Shown here: positions 12,797 to 24,950 of the stretch, piece by piece
How the letters are laid out: each line of letters starts with the position of its first letter
Position numbering within the stretch: position 1 is the stretch's first letter
Origin: Lama glama
Taxonomy: Eukaryota
Length of the DNA stretch: 64,000 bases
NCBI GenBank assembly: GCA_028534125.1
Contig: CM052817.1
Coordinates: 99,326,001-99,390,000 of the forward strand
Reading direction: 5' to 3'
Notes under the pieces: generated by a model
Databases searched by the model: none
Seen by the model: the letters and a program-made list of their open reading frames with translations, nothing else
What the model was told of the DNA's origin: nothing
Program-made: the position numbers and the translations under genes

Positions 12797-13861
12797 CTCA
12801 AGCACAGGTTGATGAGGTTGAGATGCTTCCATGTTTCCACTAGCCTTCAATTCCAGTCTCTCAGTATCCGTAGCAACACTGGAAACATCCAACTTAGCAA
12901 TCCTCTGCTCAGAAGTAGTAGGAGACTCGAGTATGTTACCATGAGACTCACTAATTAGTTTGGTTTCTCCGGCAATGTCAGCTGTTTTCTCCCCTTCCTC
13001 CAGCATCTGACCAAAGTCTGACTGGTCAGTTGTCTGGGAAGCAGTAGTGCCTGGTGAGGTAGCTGAAGACCCCGATGCTGTCATTGTCAAGATGCCAGAA
13101 TCTTTAGGGTCTTGAGTGTCAATGTCAGTTTGCTTCTTACTTACAGGTTCTTCTTCTTGAAATATTAATTTGTGGTCATTATTAAACACATCAAGTCTTT
13201 CACTGGCTTCAGATGCAGCTGGAGACAAACGATTATCCTGGAGCTCTGTGGGCAGACTGGCTTCCTCAGTAGGGCTACTTTCTACCTTCAGTTCTACATA
13301 ATCGTCATCATCTTCTTCCTCTACTATTAACTTATCCAGTAATTCTGGCACCTCTGAAGCATCCTCTTCTGAAGGAGAACTTATGGAAGCAGTTACTTCA
13401 CTGACAGTCATTGTATCTTTGTCAGTTGTTTTAAAAGAATTAGAGGAAACAGTCGCAGCTTCTATTATGTCAGAAGATACTTCTAAATCACCTGTATTAA
13501 CTGTTTCATTTGTCAGTGTTTCTTCTAAAGGGACTTCATCCAGTAGCTCCTCATTTTCTTGCCCAGTTTTCCTTTCTTCATGAGATGTATTATAAGTTTG
13601 CAGTTCAACGCTGGATGCAGACTCTACTGAACTTGTCTTCTCAACACTTGACTTTTCATCACCATTTCCGGTGATATGAGAAGACAAGGGAGAATCCTTT
13701 GTATCTGACTGCTGGGGTCCTACTGAAACATTAACACTCCTGCTCATGCCAGAGACTGCTTGAACTGGACTTGAAGAACACTGTCCTATTTCTTCATTAA
13801 TTTGTCCCCGGTGTTCCCTAAATATATTGGCAAGGTTTTCTTTGTGTATTTCAAAAGTGAC
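12797..13861 (-). CDS. LRBA: LRBA large coding exon (approx. exon 23), 1065 nt, acidic Ser/Thr/Glu-rich linker
   Basis: TTAG|GTC acceptor (VTFEIHKENLANIFRE...), GAG|GTGATT donor (...QPHQPVLE). Open for 355 codons; overlaps the 333-aa ORF in the track. Confidence 0.97.
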
Positions 13862-16800
13862 CTAAATGAAAAACATACAAGCAGTCAAAATATGCTCCAA
13901 CAAATGAACAGAGCATATAGAACATAAAATAAAAATATTTAATTTTTCAAATACATGGTTTATATAATGCAACAAGATAATTTTCCTGTATCTTTATCAC
14001 ATAAAATGATAAATAAAACATAAGTCAATAACTAAAATCTAAATACTTAAAAAATTATAGCTAATCTTAATGCTAACAGGTGGCATGCCATTAAACAACA
14101 ACAAGAACATAACTATTTAGCCTATTTTTAAAGATATATAATATAGGAAAAGAATACACTATTCTACTGACCTCTATAATTTTACTAGGATCTAAGTATG
14201 TATCCTTGGGAAGTGCTTTGTGCACTATGTAATACATTGTTTCAAATGAGATAAAAACCCATTTCCCCATGATTTATCCTCAGCAGAGATAAAAAATATC
14301 AATTATGTTCACTTTATATATTATGCATATTATATACTTATATATTATATATGTTACATATAACAGTAGCTCCATATAAAAGCTACTAAATCTTTTTCTT
14401 ACTAAGCTATAGAATTCAAATTCTTTTAGCAATTAAAAAGAACGGTCCAATCCTTCCCCAAAGGTCAACCATAATTTTCAAAATTGAACTGATCACAAAT
14501 GATGTGAAAGTTCCAGTTCATCCATCCATACATCCATTCATTCCACTTGCATGTTATATATGAGAGACTACTATGAATTCAGCACTGTGAACATGTCCAC
14601 ATCACGCTTAGCCTGTAACCCAACTAAAAGGAAAACATTAATTAAAAGGAAAAGTATAAAAGAGAGTGCTGTGATTATCAACGTCAAAAGGTTTATAGTT
14701 TTCTTATCCCATTGAGAATTACTATAGTCACAATTATGTGACTGCCACCAGTGTTTCAATGGGAACACCTCTCAAAAAAAAAAAAAAGGGTAACACCAGC
14801 AGAAGGTATAGGCATAATTACAGCTTATCAGTGCTAGAACTGTTTGCTCCTGTAACCTGTATTATTACAACATATATAATACACTGAATCTTTACTCAAG
14901 AAACCTTCATTGAGCCCTAGTATATATAACAGGATGGTAGGAGATAATAACAAAAGAAGATCCACAGGGCTTTTCGGATCACAGGTGCATATGCACGTGG
15001 GTAAAAGGTAAACAAAATTATTAACTATTAACTACCCTTTCCTCATGACATACACAACACATTCTTGCCATAATGCAGTATAACTGAAAATAAAAATATT
15101 TAGGAAATAAACATTTTTCCTAACTGCAAATATTTGGGAACTCATTTCAAAATGCAGTGCATGTACTCAACACCAAAGAGTAAAATGGCACAGTAACCTT
15201 AACAAAATTAATCAATTTCTTTTATACCCAGAAGGCCAATACCGTCTTTAAACTGAGTTCTTTATTTTAACTGATTAATTCCCCATTTATTCACTCAACA
15301 AAAATGCACTGATCAGCTGTAGCATGCCGGGCATTGTGCTACCCATAGAAAGATCTACCAAAAATTATGCTATTAAGACAGATATGCATCTAGCAAATTG
15401 CCCTATATAACAAAGTAACATTCTTTCAGTCAAAATTTCTTGGGCAAATACAGATCAGTGATATTAATAAGACAGGCCCACCTAAAAAAAAGAGAAGTTT
15501 TCTATTCTTACGAAATATAAACAATTCAGACAAATGAACATCAAAAACAGCTATTCAGAGTAAGTCAGTATGATCACAGACGCGGGAATAAGTCTAAATC
15601 AATTACATTTAAATAATGAAAGCTGGAACTGAGGCATTAGGTGAAAATAATCACAAATGTTTTAATAACCTAAGTATATTCTGAGCCAGCATCACAAAGT
15701 ACCAAGTTATAGAGACAAACAGAACCATTGCAAATATCCAGAAAAACATGTAAGTAAAAATGAACAAAGTCTGAAGTGGTGGAATGTAAATAAAATATAA
15801 AATTTTTGAGTGAAATTAAAAATAAATTCAAATAAGAAAAAAACTGAGACACTGGATAATTAGTAGAGTAAGGATAAATTTTCATCTTATAATAAGACCA
15901 ACAGTGACATTCCTAATGTGGGGTGGAGGCGGACTGCCACTCCACCTCCAGATCTACTAATATAACTAGCACAAAGAAAGTTATTAGCAAAAACACTGTA
16001 ATCCATTCCAAAGCCAAGTATGTTCCCATACTAAAGAGCACTGTTTTAGAGAGTACATCAAGCAGACTTGAGACTAAAGAGTTAGAACCCACATTATTGC
16101 CACTATAAAACTCATTCAGGATGTTAAAACAGTAAAATTTCAAAATCCTATGACTATCTTTGCCCAATATATATTTAAGATGAATGTCAATCATCATCCT
16201 AAAATGGTGTACAACAGGGACTTAATAAACATTTTGAAATCTTAGTATCTGATCTACATGTTATATCTAAATACTAATATTTTTAAACTACTTGGTAATA
16301 GGACACAATCTTGAGAAAAAACCGTAAAATGATAAAAGTACTGAAAAATATCACTCATATTTTTATCTTAATGCTTTCATCAAGGTTACTAACATAGCTA
16401 CATCAGAGAAACAAAACTTTTATACCTTATTTTAGCTATAGCATATAGTCAATTATATAGAACTGGCCTTTCCTGCTGGTTTATAAACAACTTGAGGAAG
16501 TTCTCTTGGGTTTCCATATCTCCGTCAAGGCCATTAGAAAATATATATATTTGCTATCCCAAATTCCCTCTGAAAGATTTGTTTACATGATGCTCTTACC
16601 AGTGTTCACTTAATTTACAACATGTCGTCATGGTCTTTCAAACATTTGATGAGACCGTTCATTCTAAGCGTGAAGTGTAAATCTGTGGAACATATTTCTT
16701 TTTCACATTCTAACTATATTCATAATCAGCAGACAAACTTTCAATTGGCCATTTGAAAAGACAATTAAAAGCTAGTATTTAATGTTAAATTTTCAAGCAC

Positions 16801-18057
16801 AAGAAGATGGTTTAGATAATACACATTTCAACTGAAAGTAATGTACAGTTTCATAAAGTACATTATCAGTGTGCCAGGAATATATTTTCTTTTGTGATAA
16901 GCAGATTTGTAGTCAAATCTGTACTAAACAGTGCTTTGTCTTTCCTAAGCAACCCAATTTGCTTACTTTTTTTTTGTAAGTATGAATATTAAAAGTGCTG
17001 TTAAGTTTTTGAAGTTGATTTTTAAACTTCCTTTTAATGTACTCCAATAGTCTAAAAGCTAAATGACAACAGAGTAATTATCATTGTTGTTATCTTTTTT
17101 GATATTGTTTTCCTAAAGGTATTTGTGACTGATAATTCTTAATTAATTACCAGATATTGTTCTAAATTACTCAGCTAAAAGACTACTCATTAATCTTCAC
17201 AATCATTTGAAAGCTAATCTATAGCTGTTTGTAATGTTTGGAAAACACTCTATAAACTACTAGTTAAAGATATTCATGAGCTAATAACTACAACATTTCT
17301 TTAGCTATTACTTTCAACTTAATTGACTCAAATTTACTAATTAGGAGATAAAAGATGAATGCAATATTGCAAGACACCAACATCATTAATCCATGTATTT
17401 TAAAAAATTAATCTATAAAATTTAGACTGTTTTAAATGTTAGGCAATGTTTAGGAACTGGCTTTCTTTTTTAAGCAAATGCACCTTTTTCATTGTATGCT
17501 ATTTTCCTTTGGAAATCTAGCTGAATATGATATGCTAACTTCTAACTCTTAGAGGTTACCAACCTTTCACATTTGATAAATAAGACATTTTTCTTTTAAA
17601 ATAGCTGAATCTTCCCATATGTGGTATCAACAAGCACAGCTCAACATGACCACCACCACATAACAGGACATGTTTTATCGAGACTCGGATACAACAGCTT
17701 GCAACAATAATAGTGTAAGGTAAAAGATACAATAGTTAAAATCAAATTGTAAATATTTGTAAGTGTATACATATTCAGTGATCTACTTTATACAAAGCAC
17801 ACTAGTTACAAATCTGAACACTGGTCAAACCTACGCTCTTACATACTACCCTAATAAAACCTGAGTGGAGGTGTATCAAGCATAAAGCCTAGGCCATCCT
17901 AACAAAACTGCCTAAAAGAATTAGTTATGAAAACAACATTATAAGTTCAATAACAAAGAGAAACAAATCCCATGAAGAAAACAAGTCATATATATACAAC
18001 AAGCACTATACATTTGCGTAATAAGCTTAAAAACATTCTTGAATAGGTAGTATATTT

Positions 18058-18607
18058 TGATGGGAGTCCAGAACACACTACCCCAAAATACGGCACATTG
18101 GCATACTGATTATTTTAAGATGAAGGAATCTGAGAAACAGTAGGTGCAGGAAAGACTCTCTGACCTCGCCGCCCTCCCCTGAAGCAGATCATAGAAACAG
18201 CAGGTTCTAGGATGGCCCTGTAATTTCACCCCTTATAATCAGAGGTGCCTTCCTTACACCCAAACAAAAAGAGCGTCCTTATCTCAAAAGACACAGGGAT
18301 GCTGAGAAGAATCTGAATGAACAGGCTATGCTGTCCCTCCCCCAGTTTACTACCCTTAGTTCAAACCCTTTGTCTGACCAGGTTTTTCTTGAATTTCCAC
18401 TCTTCATCAAACTTAAAATTAAAAAAAAAACCTCAAACTTAAATGTTTCTTTGGGTCTTCATTACCTTATGAAGGCTCCCATGTACATAAAACTTACATT
18501 AAATAAAATCATATACTTTCCTCCTGATAATCACTCTTGGTCAGCTTAAATTTCAGTTGCAGTCAGGGACCTTAAGAGGGTAAAGGCAAAGCTTCTCCTC
18601 CCCTACA
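18058..18607 (+). mobile_element. ERV1 solo LTR (MER34-like)
   Basis: TG...CA ends; ACCCCAAAATACGGCACATTGGCATACTGATTATTTT 5' motif; AATAAA at ~18502; ...CTCCCCTACA end. Confidence 0.75.
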
Positions 18608-18619
18608 CGTCACATGACT

Positions 18620-19860
18620 TACATATAAAATAGTATATAGTGTAAAGTCCCCCTCACACCCGGTCCTCATCTGCACAATTCCTCAACAACCAAGCAATCA
18701 GCCATTAATTCCAGGGTATTTTTGTGCATATAAACACACATATGAATTCTCATTTTCCCACTTATTTAACTCACTAATATCCACTATACACTCTGTTCCA
18801 CACTTCCTTCTGTCACTTAATATATCTTGGAGAACTATCTCAGAATAGTTTTAATTTGCAGTCCCTTACAATGAGTAGGTTGAACATCTTTTCATAAATC
18901 TAAAGTATTTTTTACTTAGTTTTCTACAGGTTTTTGGTCATGACTTTCATCCATTTTTTTATTAGGCTGTCTTTTCCTATCTTTTTTTAGGAGCACTTTG
19001 TATTCTAGAAATGTTATCTTTGCTCTGGTCCTTTGTCCTGGTTCAAATTTGTCATTTGCCTTTTGATTTTGCTTATGGTATTGTTCAGTTTTTGGTCACA
19101 AAGGTTTTTATCTGTTTTAATGTAATAAAAAAAATTAGTCTTTATTCCTCTTTAATGGTTTCAGATTCTAAACTACAGTTAGAAAATTCTTATACACTCC
19201 AAGGTTACAGAAGAATTATCTGTGTTATTCTCTAGTACTTTTATGGTTTCTTCCATTCCCCACCTCCACTTCACTACCCATTTAATTGATCGATATGTTA
19301 AATTTCTTGATGCTTCAACTTTTCTTTCTGATGAATCCTCTATTATCCCAACACCATTTATTGAATAGTTTGACTTTTCCCTGGTGATTTGAGATTCATC
19401 CTTTATAATATACTAAAGTCTTATATGGAATTTTGTATGTTTCCGGACTTTCTTTTCTTTTTCCCCGGTCAGCCTATTCTCTTCATGTGTCAACACTACA
19501 TCTTTTAAATTAATGACATTCGGTAATAATGTTAGTATTTGGTAGTAAGTCACCTCTCATAGCTCTTTACAGAGCCTTCTTGGATATTTTTACTTGTTTA
19601 CTTTGCCTCACTTTTCCTTAATAGTTAGCTTGCTCTATTTTTTTCCCCACAAAAAGAAAAACGGTTAATTAGGATTTTCCTGGGGTTTCATTAAATTTAT
19701 AAAATAACCTAAAGAAATGTTAAGTTATTAAAACTTTATGATGTTGAGTCTTCCCATTTTAGCAAATATGCTCTTCCGCTTGTTCATGCCTTTTGTGTGT
19801 CCTTTGGGAATGTTTTAAGGACTTTTTCAAGTAATTCGAACTGTAGTTTAGCGATATATA
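18620..19860 (-). mobile_element. Old L1 (L1ME-like) remnant
   Basis: T-rich antisense ORF2 text (TTGAACATCTTTTCATA, CCCAACACCATTTATTGAATAG, ATGTTGAGTCTTCCCAT). Confidence 0.65.
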
Positions 19861-20430
19861 CAGGATACTACTGGCAGTACATAATTGTGCCCAGAAATAC
19901 CTGGAAGTACCAGGAAGATGTTGACATTTAAGCTTGGTCTTCATTAATGATTACTGATAAGCAAGATAGAGAAGGATTAAGGGCAAAGGGAGATGCCACG
20001 CAGAAGGAATTTTGAAAGATAAGTGTAAGAATGGATGCTGAAAGAACATGGTTCATTTAAGACCCTGAGTTATTTGGTAAAGCAATACGATTACAGCATT
20101 TCTAGGAGGGACATGTAATAAAAATACTAAGTAAGCAGTGTCAATGGTAAGCAGGTTTTCTACTACTAAAGACTTTGTGAACCACGAGGAGTCAGAGTCT
20201 AATCCTTACAGGTAAGGGCAAGCTTTATAAACTGCTTAAAAAGGCAACTACCTGATTTTTAAATGGATTTGACTTGTAAATCCTACTATTCCACTCATTT
20301 GTAGCTAAAAATAAATTCACTACAAAAAACAGAAAGGATAAAAAACAAAAAATGGGACATAAATATATGCAAACTGCCACAGAAAGAGAAATGAATTTAA
20401 CAGTAGTTCAACTGTACTTTTTGTTTATAC

Positions 20431-20910
20431 TGACAAAGACTCTCTCCTTTACCAAACTTTAGTCAGGTTCCTCTGAACTGTCATCTTAGCTAGGCCCTCT
20501 GTCTTTGTCCGACCTACACCTCGGAGCCTCAGCCAGAATCCTAAATCAGTTTAGGGAGAATCCCCTATCCTCAATATCTGGCCGCCCTCCTATCTGATCA
20601 AATTCCTCATTTTTCCACCGTCCTCCAGCTGACAGCTAATCAGCCTGGCCTGCCTTCAGCAAGAGTCCCACTAAAGTCTGTTTAACCAGAATCCCTCTCT
20701 CCCTAGATATTTCCTCCTATTAATTTCCCATCCACTGAACCCCCTCCTCACTCTGACCTTGCTCCTTGGCTATAAATCCCCAATTTTCCTTGTTGTATTC
20801 AAAACTGAGTAAGTTCTATACTCAGGTTTTTGTTCCCCTAGTGCAATAGTTTCTGAATAAAATTCAATTTTACTGCTTTAACTATTATCTGACTCTGGTT
20901 CTCTTCAACA
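20431..20910 (+). mobile_element. ERV1 solo LTR (MER31-like)
   Basis: Starts TGACAAAGACTCTCTCCTTTACCAAACTTTAGTCAGG, ends ...TTCAACA; TATAAA (~20772) and AATAAA (~20856); ATAC/ATAA flanks. Confidence 0.8.
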
Positions 20911-22689
20911 ATAATATAAATATATGTTTTAAATTAATTTCAATATACTTTTTAAAATTACCTCCACCAATTTTTCTGAACGGAGTTTTAAAGAAATCCT
21001 GAATATGAAAAGCAAGCTAATTCATGCAATTATTTCTTCCTAGAATTTTAAGTGGTCTAATATTCAGATGTTACATCAAAGTTGCAACTTTTGGTTTTAC
21101 GTTCACCTTTTTTAGTAAGCAATACTACTAAATATAAAAACAAACTTTACTCTTTCATAAAATGATTTTGAACAACACTTCGTTATTAACATCAAGTGAG
21201 GATGCAATTTAAAGAGAAACCTTTCAACCACTTTGTAGTGTCTTAATCTCTATAAATATCATACTAACATATGGAAAGATTCCATAATTAATGTAAAAGA
21301 AATTTACTTTAAAAAATATATTCTTCCCTCCAACTTCCTTAAAAATGAAAATTACCATCTAATCATTAATTGTTCCCTGTTCCACAACATGCTTGAAAAT
21401 ATATGTAATAAATACCAAGTTGAGCTCATTTTGGTGGACAATAAGGTTTTTAAGCACTTGCAACAATAGCTAAGATATACAGAATGGGTACTCTATACTG
21501 TTCTAAGCATTGTATGGAGAGAATCTTCAGAGCAACCCTAAAAAGACAGTTAGTATAATACTCATTTCATATAGATGAAGATCGAAAACACAGTGAAATA
21601 AAATAGTATCACACAGTTACTAACTTACTAATCTTTTCTTTTTTAAAAACAGTCATCTTGACCAATTTTGTTTTCTGAAGAACAATCTAGACAGGTGCTC
21701 TCATCCAAAGCTAGAATAATAAACTGTAACAGAATTGTTTAGATACCTATTTAGCAAAACCTTCTAAAACTTTAAAAAACATGTACGGACACCTCCTTCT
21801 GTAACTTTAGGAATTTATCCTGCAAAATACCAGGAGCAGGCTCATCACTGCTCAAAGACAAGGGAAAATTAAACTATGGCGCATATGTAATACATTGTAA
21901 CACAACTCAGTAGATTTTTAAAATACCACCTCCACCAATTTTCCCAAATAACACTTTGGAAAATGTCAGAATATGAAAAGTAAACTTGAATAATTTACTC
22001 AATCACTCCTTCCAAGAATTACAAGTGGTCTGACAGCATTTAGACGTTACATCAAAGCTGCAGCTTTTGCCCTTAACTTTATTTCTCCATAATATGATGT
22101 AATATACATACACCTAATAATACGCAGCCACTAAAATTCATGTAAAAGTATATCATTAATTGAAATACTCTAAAATACCACAAATGTGGTATTTCTATAA
22201 GAATGTAATTATATGTATATGTATATGTATATTTATGTATAGAAGACTGGAAAGTCTTTCACCAAAATATTAAGTTATGTACAGATGACTGGATAATAAA
22301 TGATTCCTGAATTTTGTGTAGAGTTATACTAGGTTCCAAATTTACTACAATGAGCATATATTATTGTAAATTTTTTTAAAATACTATTTGGTTTAAAAAT
22401 TTTTAAAGCCAACGAAAACTTTAGAAATTAAGTATAAAATACTGAAAATCCATGAAATATGAACATTTTGTAACTCTTTTGAAATTTCTTAAAATATGTG
22501 GCTTTTAATTTTATTATACAGCCACCACAAACCCACACATACAAATAACATGCATTTTATATACACCAGTTTATATCTTAAAAAATTTTAAATGCTTTTT
22601 AGAAACCACTTACAAAATTCTAACAAAACTGACTCCCATATGCTCTTTACTTAACCTAAACTGTACTTTCTTCTTTTTTTAAACAGAGA

Positions 22690-23290
22690 AAAGCCTTTTT
22701 AGATACCAGTAATGATTAGAGAATGTAATGGGATAAATATTTCCTTTGTAATAGCAACAGAAACCGTAATTATGTAATACACATCATATATACATAATAT
22801 ACCCCAAAATGTTAAAGGCCTACCTAAAGAATACCAAACTTAATTGAAAGTTCCAGAATAAATGAACCATGTTAACTAGATGGAAAGTGTCAATATTGTA
22901 GAAATATAATCACTTCAAAAATGAACTAAAAATACGGCATAATTCCAATAAAAATCACAATTTTTCTAATGAATTTGAAAAATTGATCCTAAAATTCACC
23001 TGTGAGCAAACATGCGCAAGAAATTTTTGAAAGAAAAAAGGTGGACTTATTTTGTAGGTAGCAAACCTACTGTAAAGTTACAGTGATCAAAAGAGTGCAG
23101 TTTTAGGGGGGAGGGTATAGCTCAAGTGCTAGAGCACACGCTTAGCATGCAAGAGGCCCTGGGTTCAATCCCCAGTATCTCCTCTAAAAATAAATTAAAT
23201 AAATAAATAAACAAACCTAATTAACCTCTCCCTCAAAAAAGTGCAGTTTTGGGCCCAGAAATAGGTATACAAAACAAAGAATTGAATAAT
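22690..23290 (+). mobile_element. Old L1 ORF2 fragment hosting a SINE
   Basis: AATTCCAATAAAAATCAC, AATTGATCCTAAAATTCAC and TACTGTAAAGTTACAGTGATCAAAA ORF2-like motifs. Confidence 0.6.
23106..23239 (+). mobile_element. tRNA-derived SINE (camelid Vic-1-like)
   Basis: GGGGAGGGTATAGCTCAAGTG A-box, GGTTCAATCCC B-box, (TAAA)n then CCTAATTAACCTC; TSD AGTGCAGTTTT at 23094-23104 and 23240-23250. Confidence 0.88.
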
Positions 23291-23447
23291 TATGTTCACT
23301 TTAGTTTTATGTTGATATAATTTACATATCTAAATGCATGCATCTTACATGTAGCAAATAGTGAATTTTCACAAGCACAAACACCTCTTTGACTAACACA
23401 TCGATTCAACAAAAATCTATTAAATACAAGGTATGGGTGAGGACTGC

Positions 23448-23560
23448 GCTAAAATCTGAGGTGCAGCAGTAACTAGATAACACATGGTCTCCCCTTGATG
23501 AGGCTAAAATCTGAGGTGCAGCAGTAACTAGATAACACATGGTCTCCCCTTGATGAGGCT
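23448..23560. repeat. Perfect 55-bp tandem duplication within an L2-like remnant
   Basis: GCTAAAATCTGAGGTGCAGCAGTAACTAGATAACACATGGTCTCCCCTTGATGAG at 23448-23502 and 23503-23557, followed by GCT. Confidence 0.97.
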
Positions 23561-24228
23561 CACAGCCTAAAGGATTAGATGATATACAAGTAGATAAATA
23601 AGTTAACCAGAGAATCATGAAACACTTCGACGTCATCAGGAACTAAACCTGTGTGATACAAAGTAACCTAGGCAGGAGGAGGCCTCCCCAAGAAACACCT
23701 TCAAGTCAAGCCAGGCAGGATGGGATGAGAGGGCGCAGGGGTGCAGAAAGTGTAGAGGGTTGGGGCGAGAACATTCCATGAAAGCAAAACACAGCCCAGG
23801 CCAAGTCCTGTGGGACCAACAGCCTAGCTATTCAAGGAACCTAAAGACCAGTGTGTTCAGCACAAAGTGAGGAGGCCGAGGGGGGGAATGATGAGACCGG
23901 GGAGAGGACCTAGAAGAGGTCTGCGTTGGCATACATTTTCCAAAGCAACGCACACAGATGGTTGGGGTGGGGGTGGGGGTGGGGGGCGGCTTCCTTCCAG
24001 AACAGTACCTGGAGGAATTTTCATTTTGAAAAACACGGGGAGAAGGAAAATGCCATTACCTGAACTCAGCCGTCTGCACAGATGCAGCAGCACCCCATCC
24101 AGAGACATCAGTGGCTGCTGCGTGCCCCGCTCAAAGCAGCCTACAGCTCCCGTCCCAGGTGGCTCCTCACGGTTCACAAGCTTCTGTGTCCTTGGCTAAT
24201 TGCTTAAACCTCATTTTAAAGTCTAGAA

Positions 24229-24391
24229 CAGTGCTTCTCAGCTCTGGCTGCAAACACCAAGTGTGTCAGAATCTCAGTGTCAGGCCACACCCCTGACTCG
24301 TTAAATCAGCATCCCTGGGGGCGGGCACAAGCACCAGGACTTTGAAAGCCCCCAGGTGATTTCAATGAGCAGACAAGGTTGAGAACAGCTG
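24229..24391. mobile_element. hAT-Charlie MITE (MER5A-like)
   Basis: TIR-like CAGTGCTTCTCA...TGAGAACAGCTG; flanks GTCTAGAA / ATCTGGAA (8-bp TSD-like). Confidence 0.75.
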
Positions 24392-24632
24392 ATCTGGAAG
24401 GATACTCCTCAAAAGAAAACGAAAAAGGACCTCATTTTACCTCTCAAGTGGTGAGGGTTACCAAGGCACCAGGCTGTGTTCTTGGAGACCAGGCCCCTCC
24501 CCCAGGTGAAAGCGCCCACTCTGGACCGCCCAGCTTGCACTGCGCTCTCCTTAAGCTCCTCGAACCTGGCTGCTCCACAGGTCAACAGACCTGTGCGCTG
24601 GGCCTGCTACAGGTACAGGAGTTGCTAGGCTT

Positions 24633-24950
24633 TGTAACCCAGCAAAGGCTTGTGTGCCCACGGCGCAGAAAGGCAAACTCAGACAGCGAAGTTTGCAACA
24701 AAGTAAGGGTTTTTTGTTTTTTGTTTTTTGCAGGACTCCCAGCAAGGGAATGGGAAACAAGTCTCAGATCCACTCCAACTTGGTCTCCGAGTTAGGGGTG
24801 TTTTTAAAGGGGAAGAACAAAGAAGCTGGGATTAATCATCGTCTTGTGACATTTCTTAATTGCAGTTTCAGAGGTCAGGTTGTCTCCGGTTTATGATTCT
24901 CTGACCAGGTGGTCCATACCTCCGGGGCCTGTTGGCTCACCTGGAGACAC
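24633..24950 (-). mobile_element. Probable ERV LTR fragment
   Basis: TGTAACC... end and LTR-like composition; no clear TSD; family not identified. Confidence 0.4.

Noticed and set aside
12746..13747. 333-aa ORF as a standalone intronless gene
   Set aside because: It is the large LRBA exon (12797-13861) read from an internal Met and past the donor.
23448..23560. CRISPR-like or other repeat-spacer array
   Set aside because: Only two abutting copies with no spacer, in a mammalian intron.
23857..24896. Cluster of overlapping 60-138 aa ORFs (e.g. MRRPRGGMMRPGRG...)
   Set aside because: Explained by stop-codon scarcity in a GC-rich, partly repeat-derived patch; no recognisable domain or splice structure.
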